From NCBI GenBank assembly GCA_902521805.1, contig CABYTL010000004.1:7769-71768 (forward strand): a DNA stretch of 64,000 nt, given 5' to 3'. The notes below the pieces were generated by a model. The model made no database searches and was not told where the DNA came from. It was given only the letters and a program-made list of their open reading frames with translations. Below, one piece after another: positions 18,986-29,987 of the stretch (positions within the stretch are counted from its first letter, which is position 1; each line of letters starts with the position of its first letter). This DNA is from an uncultured Pelagibacteraceae bacterium (lineage in GTDB: Bacteria > Pseudomonadota > Alphaproteobacteria > Pelagibacterales > Pelagibacteraceae). A program made the position numbers and the translations under genes.

Positions 18986-20260
18986 ATGCCAAAAAAAGAT
19001 ATTAAAGTTCCAAATATTGGTGAATTTAAAAATGTAGAAATCGTTGAAATTTTAGTAAGTAAAAATCAAGTAATAAAAAAAAATGATCCTCTCGTAACAA
19101 TTGAAAGTGATAAATCTAGTGTAGAAATACCCTCAACAGATGAAGGAACAATTATTTCAATAAATGTCAGGGTTGGTGATAAAGTTTCAGAGGGTGACAA
19201 AATCTTAGAGATTGAAGAAAATATAATTACTGAAGAAAAAAAGATTTCAGAAGAATCCAATAGCGAAGATATTAAAAAAAACTTTGAAAAAAAAATTCCA
19301 GAAATTGAAAAAAAAATTGATAATGATGATCAAGTAATTAAAGACTTTAATTTAAAGACTTCTGCATCTCCAAAAGTAAGGAAATTTGCAAGAGAGTTGG
19401 GTGTAGATGTTGATAAAATTTCAGGCAGTGAAAGACTAGGTAGAGTTACTGAAAATGATGTAAAGTTATTTGTATCTTCTAAATCAAGTGTAATTGTTAA
19501 AAATGAAAATTTAAATGAAAAAAAATTAAAACAAGAATATTTGCACTCTGAGTTTGGAGAAGTAGAATTAAAAGATATTCCCAGAGTTAAAAGATTATCG
19601 TCGAAGTATCTTATAAACTCTTGGTCAAAAATTCCTCACGTAACAAATCATGATGAAGCAGATATAACTGAGTTAGAAGAATTTAGAACTTCTTTAAAAG
19701 ATATTTATTCAGGTGAAAGAAAAAAAATTACACCCCTAGCTTTTATTGTTAAAGCGTTATCAGCATCACTTAAAAAATTTCCAAATTTTAATTGTTCTAT
19801 TGACCAGATTGATGAGGGAAAAATGACAATTAAAAAATATTTTCATGTTGGAATAGCTGTAGATACTTCTCACGGCTTGATGGTTCCAAAACTTAGAAAT
19901 GTTGATAATAAGAATATATCTTTAATAAGCTTAGAGCTCAAAAAATTAAGTGATCAATGTAAAAATCTTAAAATTGAAAGAAAAGAACTTTTTGGTGGCT
20001 CTATGACAGTAACAAGTTTAGGTGGTATTGGCGGTTCTTTTTTTACACCCATAATAAACTACCCTGAGGTAGCTATTCTAGGTGTTGGTAGATCAGAGAA
20101 AAAACAAGTTTACTTAGATGGAAGATTTGTTACACGAACAATGTTACCTCTCTCATTATCATATGATCATAGAATAATTGATGGTGCAGAAGCTGCACGT
20201 TTTAATAAGGATTTAAAGGAAAACCTAGGCAAGAATTTTGCTTATAAGTTAGCTGTTTAA
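18986..20260 (+). CDS. aceF: Dihydrolipoamide acetyltransferase (PDH E2)
   Basis: One lipoyl domain, ASPKVRKFARELG subunit-binding domain, DHRIIDGA. Confidence 0.95.
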   Translation: MPKKDIKVPNIGEFKNVEIVEILVSKNQVIKKNDPLVTIESDKSSVEIPSTDEGTIISINVRVGDKVSEGDKILEIEENIITEEKKISEESNSEDIKKNFEKKIPEIEKKIDNDDQVIKDFNLKTSASPKVRKFARELGVDVDKISGSERLGRVTENDVKLFVSSKSSVIVKNENLNEKKLKQEYLHSEFGEVELKDIPRVKRLSSKYLINSWSKIPHVTNHDEADITELEEFRTSLKDIYSGERKKITPLAFIVKALSASLKKFPNFNCSIDQIDEGKMTIKKYFHVGIAVDTSHGLMVPKLRNVDNKNISLISLELKKLSDQCKNLKIERKELFGGSMTVTSLGGIGGSFFTPIINYPEVAILGVGRSEKKQVYLDGRFVTRTMLPLSLSYDHRIIDGAEAARFNKDLKENLGKNFAYKLAV

Positions 20261-20268
20261 TTTAGATT

Positions 20269-21168
20269 ATGTCAAAATCATTATCATTATTAAGTGCTTT
20301 ATTTTGCACTTTTATCTGGGGAACCACTTTCATTGCCCAAGATACTGGTATGGACGAGATAGGTCCTTTTACATTTAATGCAGTAAGATTTTTTATAGGT
20401 TTTTTAGTTATTATACCACTAGCACTTTTTTTTGAGCAAAAAAAACTCAATTGGGAATTTAAAAAAGGTTTGAAACCTTTTTTGTTTCTTTCATTTTTAA
20501 TAGGATTTTCATTGTTTCTGGGTTCAGCATTGCAGCAAGTTTCATTGCTTTACACAGATGTAGCAAATGCTGCATTTTTTACGATTTTTTATGTACCAAT
20601 GGTCCCAATTATAATTTTTTTATTCAGGAAAAAATCAATACATTGGAGTGTATGGCCATCAGTTGTTTTATGTTTGATAGGAGCATACTTTTTAACAAAT
20701 TTTTACGATGCAAGAATAAGACTTGGTGATAGTTTAGTATTAATTGGAGCTTTATTCTGGAGCACACATATCATTTTCGTAGGAATCATGATTTCAAGAT
20801 ATAACTTGCCATTGACAATTGGTGCAGTTCAAACATTTATTGTCTCTTTGTTCTCGCTTATTACTGGATTAATTTATGAAGAATTTATCATTGAAAAAAT
20901 TTTGAGGGAAATCGATTCTATTTTATACGCAGGAATCCTATCTGGAGGTCTTGCTTTTGTTTTACAGATCTATGCTCAAAAAAATATTACACCAGCCCCT
21001 GCTGCTATTATATTTTCTTTAGAAGGTGTTTTTGCTACAGTTGCAGCATGGATTTTGCTAAATCAAATATTAGATATTAATAATTTGTTAGGGTGCTTTT
21101 TCATACTTAGTGGAGTTTTATTATCACAATTATTACCATTATTTAAAAAACCTATTAAAAATATATAA
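20269..21168 (+). CDS. DMT/EamA family transporter
   Basis: IWGTTF, about ten hydrophobic segments, SLEGVFA. Confidence 0.9.
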   Translation: MSKSLSLLSALFCTFIWGTTFIAQDTGMDEIGPFTFNAVRFFIGFLVIIPLALFFEQKKLNWEFKKGLKPFLFLSFLIGFSLFLGSALQQVSLLYTDVANAAFFTIFYVPMVPIIIFLFRKKSIHWSVWPSVVLCLIGAYFLTNFYDARIRLGDSLVLIGALFWSTHIIFVGIMISRYNLPLTIGAVQTFIVSLFSLITGLIYEEFIIEKILREIDSILYAGILSGGLAFVLQIYAQKNITPAPAAIIFSLEGVFATVAAWILLNQILDINNLLGCFFILSGVLLSQLLPLFKKPIKNI

Positions 21169-21922
21169 TGTAGAAAAGAATAAACGAAATTATTACTCTA
21201 TACAAAATAAAGACATTTAACGAAAATCTATTTATGTATTTTAAAAAATACTTTACTGTCATATACGAAAATAAAAAAGATAAAACAACTGCTGAAATTA
21301 TCAAAGAATTTATTTCAATAGATTGTTTAAATAAATCTTTAAGTCCAAGAAAACTTGCACCTGCTAAAGCAGGAATAGCCAATAAAAATGCAATTTTACT
21401 GGAGTCGAATCGGTTAAACTTCAAAAATCTAGCTGCTGTTATTGTAATTCCTGCTCTACTCACGCCTGGTATCAATGCTAGAATTTGAAAAAGCCCTATA
21501 AATAATATTGATTTTATATTTAAATTTGTTGATAAATTTTTGTTAATTTTTCTTTGATCTGCAAAAAAAAGAATTATACCAAAAAACAAAGTTGTCCAAG
21601 CAATGACTTTTATATTTCTAAGAAGATATATAAGTTCAGAAGTATGTAATAAATACCCAAAAATAATTAAAGGAATTGAGCCAATTATTATTAAATTAAA
21701 AAGTTTTCGATTTTGTTTTAAATCTAAGAGGTCCTTTCTAAAATAAAAAATTATTGCAAACAATGAACCTAGATGTAAGCTAATGTCTATTAAAAGAGAA
21801 CTTGTACTAAAGTCGTAGACTTTCGAAACTAATATTAAATGAGCTGACGAGCTTATCGGTAAAAATTCTGAAATACCCTGAATTATCGATAGAATTAGAA
21901 TTTCTATTAATTCTTGAATCAT
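21155..21922 (-). CDS. uppP: Undecaprenyl-diphosphate phosphatase
   Basis: QGISEFLPISSSAHL, IPGVSRAGITI. Confidence 0.96.
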   Translation of the reverse strand: MIQELIEILILSIIQGISEFLPISSSAHLILVSKVYDFSTSSLLIDISLHLGSLFAIIFYFRKDLLDLKQNRKLFNLIIIGSIPLIIFGYLLHTSELIYLLRNIKVIAWTTLFFGIILFFADQRKINKNLSTNLNIKSILFIGLFQILALIPGVSRAGITITAARFLKFNRFDSSKIAFLLAIPALAGASFLGLKDLFKQSIEINSLIISAVVLSFLFSYMTVKYFLKYINRFSLNVFILYRVIISFILFYIIYF

Positions 21923-22105
21923 ATTTATTTCGTAACTTAAAAAATATTCATTTCAAACAATTCGATTTAATCATAATAGATATGCAAAAGTTTAAATTTT
22001 AAGAATTTAGTGGAAATTTATGATTATAAAGGTCAATCATACTGTCCTAAATAATCCTTTTACAATTAAAAACAATGTATAATTTAGATTAATATTTAAA
22101 AATTT

Positions 22106-23545
22106 ATGACTGACAAAATGTTAAAATTTACGAAAATAGGTCAACAAACTCCACCTAAAAGAAAAGTCAATAGTAGAAAAGATGATTTCAATGAAATTTA
22201 TGATGAATTTATTACTCATAAAGCTCAAGAGCAATCGAGTAGATGTTCTCAATGTGGAGTTCCATTTTGTCAGGTTCATTGTCCCCTTAGTAATAACATA
22301 CCTGATTGGTTAAAGTTAACAGCAGAAGGAAGATTAAAAGAAGCATACGAACTATCCCAAAGTACCAATAATATGCCAGAGGTTTGTGGGAGAATATGTC
22401 CTCAAGATAGATTGTGTGAAGGAAATTGTGTAATTGAACAGTCTGGTCATGGAACAGTGACTATCGGTTCAGTAGAAAAATATATTACTGATACTGCTTG
22501 GGATAAAGGATGGGTTAAACCTATTAAGATAATGAATGAGAAAGATCAAAGTGTAGGAATAATTGGAGCGGGTCCTGCAGGTTTAGCTGCTGCAGAGGAA
22601 CTCAGAAGAAATGGATATAAAATTACTGTTTATGATAGATATGATAGAGCTGGAGGTCTGTTAATTTACGGAATTCCTAATTTTAAATTAGAAAAATATG
22701 TAGTTGAAAGAAGAACAAAACTTTTAAGTGACGGTGGTATTGAATTTATTCAAAATTTTGAAGTTGGCAAAGATGCAACTTTAGAACAATTAAGAAAAAA
22801 ACATGATGCAATTTTAATTGCTACTGGAGTTTATAAATCTAGAGAAGTTGATTTACCTGGAAATGATCTAAATAATATTTTTCCTGCGATGGAATTTCTG
22901 ACTGCATCTAATAAAAAAGGACTTGGGGATAAAGTTGATTTATTTGATAATGGTACTTTAAACGCTGAGGGTAAAGATGTGGTTGTTATTGGAGGAGGAG
23001 ATACAGCTATGGATTGCGTAAGGACATCGATTAGACAAAAAGCTAAATCAGTAAAATGTCTATATAGAAGGGATAAAGAAAACATGCCAGGATCCGCAAG
23101 AGAAGTTGCAAATGCAGAGGAGGAAGGTGTTGAATTTGTTTGGCTATCTAGCCCAAGAGAATTTAAAGGTAAAAATAAAATAGAAAATCTATTAGTAGAT
23201 CAAATTAGATTAGGAGAACCAGACGACTCTGGAAGAAGGAGACCTGAAATTAAAAAAGATTCAGAATTTGTTATTAAAGCAGACATGGTAGTAAAAGCTT
23301 TAGGATTCAATCCAGAAAATTTACCATTATTATTTGATGCACAAGATTTACAAGTCACCAAATGGGGAACAATCAAAACTAATTTTGATACACTCGAAAC
23401 AAGTATAAGAGGCGTTTTTGCTGCTGGAGATATTGTTAGAGGAGCATCTCTAGTTGTATGGGCTATTAAAGATGGTAGAGATGCGGCCTTATCGATCAAA
23501 AATTTTCTTGAAAATATTAAAATTAAAGACTCAAAAGTCGCATGA
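22106..23545 (+). CDS. gltD: Glutamate synthase small subunit
   Basis: RCSQCGVPFCQVHCP, GAGPAG, GGGDTAMDC. Confidence 0.97.
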   Translation: MTDKMLKFTKIGQQTPPKRKVNSRKDDFNEIYDEFITHKAQEQSSRCSQCGVPFCQVHCPLSNNIPDWLKLTAEGRLKEAYELSQSTNNMPEVCGRICPQDRLCEGNCVIEQSGHGTVTIGSVEKYITDTAWDKGWVKPIKIMNEKDQSVGIIGAGPAGLAAAEELRRNGYKITVYDRYDRAGGLLIYGIPNFKLEKYVVERRTKLLSDGGIEFIQNFEVGKDATLEQLRKKHDAILIATGVYKSREVDLPGNDLNNIFPAMEFLTASNKKGLGDKVDLFDNGTLNAEGKDVVVIGGGDTAMDCVRTSIRQKAKSVKCLYRRDKENMPGSAREVANAEEEGVEFVWLSSPREFKGKNKIENLLVDQIRLGEPDDSGRRRPEIKKDSEFVIKADMVVKALGFNPENLPLLFDAQDLQVTKWGTIKTNFDTLETSIRGVFAAGDIVRGASLVVWAIKDGRDAALSIKNFLENIKIKDSKVA

Positions 23546-26500
23546 TAAATAATTACAAAAAAAATTTAGAACTTTTATCTAAAAATTATATCTATTCGAA
23601 TGAAATGGAACATGATTCTTGTGGAGTGGGTTTAATAGCATCAACGGAAGGAAAAAAATCAAGAATAATAGTAGATTATGGTATAGAGGCCTTAAAAGCA
23701 GTTTGGCATCGTGGTGCGGTTGATGCTGATGGAAAAACAGGAGATGGTGCTGGAATTCATATAGAGATTCCAAGAGATTTTTTTATCGAAAAAATAGAAG
23801 TAACTGGACACAATTATGACAATTCTGAAATATGTGTAGGCATGATCTTTTTGCCTAGAAACGACTATTCTTCACAGGAAAGTTGTAAAACAATTGTAGA
23901 AAGTGAATTAACTAAAAATAATTTTAGTATTTATGGATGGAGACAAGTACCTGTAAATCCAAAAGTTTTAGGTAATAAAGCACTTCAAACAATGCCTGAA
24001 ATAATTCAGGTTTTATTTAAATCAAATGATCAGAATTTGTCTGATAAAGTTCTAGAAAGAAAAATTTATGAAACAAGAAAAAAAATTGAGAATAAAGCCT
24101 TCAATCTCTCTCTTAATGATTTCTATATTTGTTCTATAAGCTCAAAATCAATCATTTATAAAGGAATGTTTTTGGCAGAGGCTATTTCAGATTTTTTTTT
24201 AGATTTAAATGATAAAAGATTTATATCTAGATATGCAATTTTCCATCAAAGATTTTCAACTAATACAGCACCCAGTTGGAGTTTAGCTCAGCCATTCAGG
24301 GCTGTGGCACATAATGGAGAAATTAATACTTATAAAGGAAATAAAAATTGGATGAAAATTCATGAACAAGAAATGAGCAGTCCACTTTTTGATGATATCG
24401 AAAATTTAAAACCAGTTATTCAAGAAGGAGTTTCTGATTCAGCAGCACTAGATAATGTTTTTGAATTATTAAATAAATCTGGCCAACCAGCTCCTTTAGC
24501 TAAACTTATGTTAGTACCTGATGCATGGTCTAAAAAAAATAAAACTTTACCTAAAAGTCATCAACAATTATTTAATTTCTTAAATAGTACAATGGAACCG
24601 TGGGATGGACCAGCAGCAATAGCTGCTACAGATAATGAATGGGTTATTGCGGCAAATGACCGAAATGGTTTAAGGCCTCTTAGGTATACAATAACAAAAG
24701 ATAAACTATTATTTGCTGGTTCAGAAACTGGAATGATAAAATTGAATGAAAAAAAGATTTTATCTAAAGGAAGATTAGGTCCTGGCGAGATTATCGGTGT
24801 TAGGATCGAGAAGGGTAAAGTATTTTCTAATGAGCAAATTAAAGATTATTTAGCAAAGGAATATAAACATTTTCATTCACAAATAATAGACCTAGATGAT
24901 AAATTACCTATTTCTAATGAGAAGAATAACTTTGAGGGTGAGGAATTAAGAAGAAGGCAACACACATTTGGAATAAGTCTAGAAGATTTAGAACTAATTT
25001 TACATCCCATGGCCGAGGACGCTAAAGAGGCAACTGGATCTATGGGGGATGATACACCTTTAGCAGTTTTGTCAGACAAATATAGACCATTGTATCACTT
25101 TTTTAGACAAAATTTTAGTCAAGTAACCAATCCTCCAATTGACTCATTAAGGGAGAACAAGGTTATGAGTTTGAAAACTAGATTTGGAAATTTAGGAAAT
25201 ATTTTGGATTTTGATACTTTAACAAAAGAAAACATTTATGTTTTGAATAGCCCCATATTATCAAACTCACAATTTAATAAATTTATAAACTTTTTTGGTA
25301 CAAATTCATTATTTATAAATTGCACTTTTTCTGAAAATGAGAGTTTATCTATCTCTATTAATAAAATACAAAAAGAAGCAGAGATAGCAGTAAGACAAGG
25401 TATTACACAAATAATTTTAACTGATAAAGATCTTTCGTCAAAAAAAATGCCAATTCCTATGTTATTATGTGTAGGTGCAATTAATACTTTTTTGATAGAA
25501 AAAAAGTTAAGAGGATATGTATCAATCAATGTTCAGTCAGGTGAAGCATTAGATACACACTCCTTTGCAACTTTAATAGGAGCTGGCGCAACAACAGTTA
25601 ATCCTTATTTGGCTTTTGATAGTTTGTATCAAAGGCATGAAAAAAAATTATTTGGCCAATATAATTTTGATGAATGTGTTGAGAGATATATAAATTCTGT
25701 AAATGCTGGTCTCCTAAAGATAATGTCAAAAATGGGGATTTCTGTTTTAAGCTCTTATAGAGGTGGATGTAACTTTGAAACAGTTGGGTTAAGCAGGACT
25801 ATTGTAGATGATTATTTTCCAGGGGTAACGTCAAAAATTTCAGGGATAGGATTAACAGGAATTGAGAAAAAAATAAGAAAAATTCATAAAGAAGCTTTTG
25901 AAAATACAGAAACTGTTTTACCTATTGGAGGTATTTATAGATATAGAAAAAATGGAGAAACTCATCAGTATCAAGGAAGATTAATTCATTTATTACAAAG
26001 CGCTGTAAGCTCAAACTCTTATATAGCATATAAAAAATATGTTGATGGAATATATAATTTACCCCCAATAAATTTAAGGGACTTGATTGATTTTAGAAAA
26101 AAAAAATTAGGTCCATCTATTGATCTTTCAAAAGTTGAACCAATAGAGCAAATATTAAAAAGATTTGGAAGCGGAAGTATGTCTCATGGAGCGTTATCAA
26201 AAGAGGCTCATGAAACATTAGCTATAGGGATGAATAGAATTAAAGGTGCTTCATGTAGTGGAGAGGGAGGTGAAGATGAAAAAAGATTTAAGATTATGGA
26301 AACAGGTGATAGCGCAAATTCGAGAGTAAAACAAATAGCATCTGCAAGATTTGGTGTAACAATTAATTATCTAAATAATTGTAATGAAATCGAAATTAAA
26401 ATCGCCCAAGGTGCAAAACCAGGTGAAGGCGGTCAATTACCTGGCTTTAAAGTTACTAATGAAATTGCCAAGTTGAGACATTCAACTCCAGGAGTAACTT

Positions 26501-28050
26501 TAATCTCCCCACCACCTCACCACGATATTTATTCTATAGAAGATTTAGCTCAATTAATTTATGATTTAAAACAAATAAATCCAAAAGCAAGGGTTGGGGT
26601 TAAACTCGTAGCTTCCTCTGGTGTAGGAACTATTGCTGCTGGCGTTGCAAAAGCTAAAGCTGATATAATTTTGATTTCTGGGCATAATGGAGGCACAGGT
26701 GCTACTCCTCAAACAAGTGTAAAATACGTTGGTATCCCTTGGGAGATGGGTCTTACAGAGGTAAATCAGGTTCTCACATTGAATAATTTAAGACATAAAG
26801 TAACTTTACGAACTGATGGAGGTATCAAAACAGGTAGAGATGTCGTTATAGCTGCAATGATGGGAGCAGAAGAATATGGAGTAGCGACTACGGCTTTAGT
26901 TGCGATGGGGTGTATTATGGTAAGGCAGTGCCATTCAAATACATGTCCAGTAGGAGTTTGTACACAAGATGAAAAATTAAGAGAAAAATTTACTGGAACT
27001 CCAGATAAAGTTGTAAATTTATTTAAATTTATTGCTACCGAAGTAAGAGAAATTTTAGCAGAACTCGGATTTAAATCTTTGAACGAAATAATTGGTAGAA
27101 CAGATTTATTAATGCAAGTGAGTAAAGGCTCTCCTAATTTAGACGATCTAGATTTAAACCCATTATTTGTTCAGGCAGACCCTGGTGAAAATAAAAGATA
27201 TTGTAATGAAGCTAAAATTAATCAAGTTCCTGAAACTTTGGATCAAGAAATATGGCCTGAAATAGAAAAATATTTAGACAATTCAGATAAAATTGATAAA
27301 GAATTTTTAATTAAGAATACTAATAGAGCGGTAGGATCAAGAATTTCTCATTTTTTATACAAAAAATATGGTTATGAAAAATTAGATGAAAATTTCTTAA
27401 GTTTAAACTTTAAAGGTTCAGCAGGACAATCATTCGGAGCTTTTTCTTCTAAAGGACTTAAACTTAATTTAAAAGGGGATGCAAATGACTATGTGGGTAA
27501 AGGACTATCAGGAGCAACAATCTCTATAAAACTTTTAGAAGAGAGCAACTTAGTATCATCTAAAAATACAATTATTGGGAATACAGTTCTATACGGAGCT
27601 ACATCTGGTAAACTTTTTGCTGCTGGTCTAGCTGGAGACAGATTTGCAGTGAGAAACTCGGGGGCCTCAACTGTAATAGAAGGATGTGACTCCAATGGCT
27701 GTGAATACATGACAGGTGGAACTGTAGTAATACTTGGAAATGTTGGAGATAATTTTGCAGCCGGTATGACAGGAGGTATGGCTTTTGTTTATGATGTATC
27801 AAAAAATTTTTCTAATAAAGTAAATCCAGATTCGGTTATATGGCAAGAAATTGAAACAGAATTTTGGAAAAAACAATTAAAAAAATTAGTAGAGGAGCAC
27901 GCAAAAGAAACTAATTCAGATTTGTCAAAAAAAATATTAAGTGATTTTAATAACGAATTGAAAAATTTCATTCAAGTTTGTCCTAAAGAAATGCTTGATA
28001 AATTGGATAATCCAATCACCTTAAAAAAGGTAATTAAAGAAGTTAGTTAA
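23542..28050 (+). CDS. gltB: Glutamate synthase large subunit
   Basis: HDSCGVG amidotransferase Cys, HQRFSTNT, AQGAKPGEGGQLPG, 3Fe-4S Cys cluster, GXGXG repeats. Confidence 0.98.
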   Translation: MINNYKKNLELLSKNYIYSNEMEHDSCGVGLIASTEGKKSRIIVDYGIEALKAVWHRGAVDADGKTGDGAGIHIEIPRDFFIEKIEVTGHNYDNSEICVGMIFLPRNDYSSQESCKTIVESELTKNNFSIYGWRQVPVNPKVLGNKALQTMPEIIQVLFKSNDQNLSDKVLERKIYETRKKIENKAFNLSLNDFYICSISSKSIIYKGMFLAEAISDFFLDLNDKRFISRYAIFHQRFSTNTAPSWSLAQPFRAVAHNGEINTYKGNKNWMKIHEQEMSSPLFDDIENLKPVIQEGVSDSAALDNVFELLNKSGQPAPLAKLMLVPDAWSKKNKTLPKSHQQLFNFLNSTMEPWDGPAAIAATDNEWVIAANDRNGLRPLRYTITKDKLLFAGSETGMIKLNEKKILSKGRLGPGEIIGVRIEKGKVFSNEQIKDYLAKEYKHFHSQIIDLDDKLPISNEKNNFEGEELRRRQHTFGISLEDLELILHPMAEDAKEATGSMGDDTPLAVLSDKYRPLYHFFRQNFSQVTNPPIDSLRENKVMSLKTRFGNLGNILDFDTLTKENIYVLNSPILSNSQFNKFINFFGTNSLFINCTFSENESLSISINKIQKEAEIAVRQGITQIILTDKDLSSKKMPIPMLLCVGAINTFLIEKKLRGYVSINVQSGEALDTHSFATLIGAGATTVNPYLAFDSLYQRHEKKLFGQYNFDECVERYINSVNAGLLKIMSKMGISVLSSYRGGCNFETVGLSRTIVDDYFPGVTSKISGIGLTGIEKKIRKIHKEAFENTETVLPIGGIYRYRKNGETHQYQGRLIHLLQSAVSSNSYIAYKKYVDGIYNLPPINLRDLIDFRKKKLGPSIDLSKVEPIEQILKRFGSGSMSHGALSKEAHETLAIGMNRIKGASCSGEGGEDEKRFKIMETGDSANSRVKQIASARFGVTINYLNNCNEIEIKIAQGAKPGEGGQLPGFKVTNEIAKLRHSTPGVTLISPPPHHDIYSIEDLAQLIYDLKQINPKARVGVKLVASSGVGTIAAGVAKAKADIILISGHNGGTGATPQTSVKYVGIPWEMGLTEVNQVLTLNNLRHKVTLRTDGGIKTGRDVVIAAMMGAEEYGVATTALVAMGCIMVRQCHSNTCPVGVCTQDEKLREKFTGTPDKVVNLFKFIATEVREILAELGFKSLNEIIGRTDLLMQVSKGSPNLDDLDLNPLFVQADPGENKRYCNEAKINQVPETLDQEIWPEIEKYLDNSDKIDKEFLIKNTNRAVGSRISHFLYKKYGYEKLDENFLSLNFKGSAGQSFGAFSSKGLKLNLKGDANDYVGKGLSGATISIKLLEESNLVSSKNTIIGNTVLYGATSGKLFAAGLAGDRFAVRNSGASTVIEGCDSNGCEYMTGGTVVILGNVGDNFAAGMTGGMAFVYDVSKNFSNKVNPDSVIWQEIETEFWKKQLKKLVEEHAKETNSDLSKKILSDFNNELKNFIQVCPKEMLDKLDNPITLKKVIKEVS

Positions 28051-28790
28051 ATAATTAAATATAATTCTTTAGTTAGAACCTTAAGCCATTTTTTTGAAGA
28101 AAGACTATGGTTACCTTTTTTAACAATAACTAATTTTTTTTTTGCTTTTTTAAATATTTTTAAAATTTTTTTAGAATAAATTACGGGAACAGACTCATCT
28201 TTCTCACCATGAATCATAGTGACTTTAAGTCTGTAATAAATATTTTTACTTAAAACTTTGTTTTTTCTACCATCCTTGATCAATTGATAGGTTATTGGAT
28301 ACTCATATTCTCCATGTTTTAAGCTAATTATCTTTTTTTTATAAAATTCTTTTTTCATATCTTTTGTAAATTTTTTCCATATTAAATTTTCTAAAAACTC
28401 AGGCGCAGATCCGATTCCTAGAAAACCCTTAATTTGTTGTTTAAAAAATTTAAATAGACAAATAGATATCCAGGAACCCATACTTGAACCAATTAGGATA
28501 ATATTTTTTTTTTTTACAATTTTTTTAATAAGTTGTTTTGTATCTATAGTCCATTTAGTAATATTTCCATCGGTGAATTTTCCAGAAGACTTTCCATGCC
28601 CTGAATACTCTAAGGCTAAAAAATTAAATTTGTTCTTCACAGCAAATTTTAAAAATTCTTTTGGTTTTTTACCCTCAAGGTTTGACATGAAACCGTGCAA
28701 AAAAATGATATAAGTTTTAGCTTTTTGATCATTCAAAATATATCGAATTTTTTTTGAATTTGATATTTTGTAATACTTATATTTTATCAT
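28047..28790 (-). CDS. Alpha/beta hydrolase
   Basis: FLHGFMS, GSSMG, HGEKD, GNHSLS. Confidence 0.9.
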   Translation of the reverse strand: MIKYKYYKISNSKKIRYILNDQKAKTYIIFLHGFMSNLEGKKPKEFLKFAVKNKFNFLALEYSGHGKSSGKFTDGNITKWTIDTKQLIKKIVKKKNIILIGSSMGSWISICLFKFFKQQIKGFLGIGSAPEFLENLIWKKFTKDMKKEFYKKKIISLKHGEYEYPITYQLIKDGRKNKVLSKNIYYRLKVTMIHGEKDESVPVIYSKKILKIFKKAKKKLVIVKKGNHSLSSKKWLKVLTKELYLII

Positions 28791-28832
28791 TTGAGTTTAA
28801 TAGTTAAACCTATTCATGTATAATCATAGCAG

Positions 28833-29987
28833 ATGTCTTTTAATTTAAAAGTTTTACAAGTTATCCCTAAATTAGGGTATGGAGGGGCTGAGACAGGCTG
28901 TTATGATATTGCTCACTATTTATCAGAAAATAATTGTGAGTCGTTTATTGTTACTAGCGGTGGAGAATTAACTAAGTTTATTAATAAAGAAAAAGTAAGA
29001 TTAATAAAATTACCTGTTCATAGTAAAAACCCATTATTAATTTTTTTAAATTCAATTGTTTTAATTTTTATAATATTATTTTATGATATTTCCATAGTAC
29101 ATGCTCGAAGCAGGGCTCCGGCCTGGTCATGTTATTTTGCTACAAAGGTTACTGGCAGAAAGTTTGTAACCACATTTCATGGTACTTATAATTTTAATAG
29201 TAAAATTAAGAGACTATATAATTCAATCATGGTTAAATCTGACCTTATAATAGCAGGATCTAATTTTATTTTTTCACACATAAAGGATAATTATTCAGAT
29301 TATTTAAATACTAAAAGCAAACTATTAGTAATTTTTAGGGGCATTAATGTAGATTACTTTGATCCTACTACAAAAACAGAAATAGAGGAAAAAAGACTAA
29401 TTAAAAAATGGGAAATAGAAGAAAATAAAAAAATAGTATTGCTTCCAGGAAGGTTAACTTCATGGAAGGGTCAAGAACTTTTTTTAGAAGCTATAAATTT
29501 GATAAACATACAACTTGGTTATGAAGCTTTTTACGCTGTAATTCTTGGAAGTGAACAAGGAAGAGATTTATACAAAAAGAAGTTAATCAGACTGAGTGAA
29601 CAACATAGAATGACTAAGCAAGTAAGATTTATAGAACAATGTAAAGATATGGCTTTAGCATATAAAATTTCTGATATTGTAGTATCTTCTTCTATAGAAC
29701 CAGAGGCCTTCGGGAGAGTGGCAGTCGAGGCTCAATCAATGGAAAAAGTAATAATTGCGAGCAATATTGGTGGTTCCAATGAAACTATAGTTGATAGAAA
29801 AACTGGATATCTCTTTGAGTCTGGGGACCCAAAGTCTTTGAGTGAGACTATTTTAAAAGTATTAAATTTAGACGATACGATATTGAAAATAGCTGGTATT
29901 GAAGGTAGAAAAAATATTATTAACAAATTTAATGTTGAAAAAATGTGCTTTTCTACTTATTCAGAATATAAAAAATTAATAAATTAA
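28833..29987 (+). CDS. Glycosyltransferase family 4
   Basis: GGAETG, HARSRAPAW, EAFGRVAVEAQ. Confidence 0.92.
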   Translation: MSFNLKVLQVIPKLGYGGAETGCYDIAHYLSENNCESFIVTSGGELTKFINKEKVRLIKLPVHSKNPLLIFLNSIVLIFIILFYDISIVHARSRAPAWSCYFATKVTGRKFVTTFHGTYNFNSKIKRLYNSIMVKSDLIIAGSNFIFSHIKDNYSDYLNTKSKLLVIFRGINVDYFDPTTKTEIEEKRLIKKWEIEENKKIVLLPGRLTSWKGQELFLEAINLINIQLGYEAFYAVILGSEQGRDLYKKKLIRLSEQHRMTKQVRFIEQCKDMALAYKISDIVVSSSIEPEAFGRVAVEAQSMEKVIIASNIGGSNETIVDRKTGYLFESGDPKSLSETILKVLNLDDTILKIAGIEGRKNIINKFNVEKMCFSTYSEYKKLIN

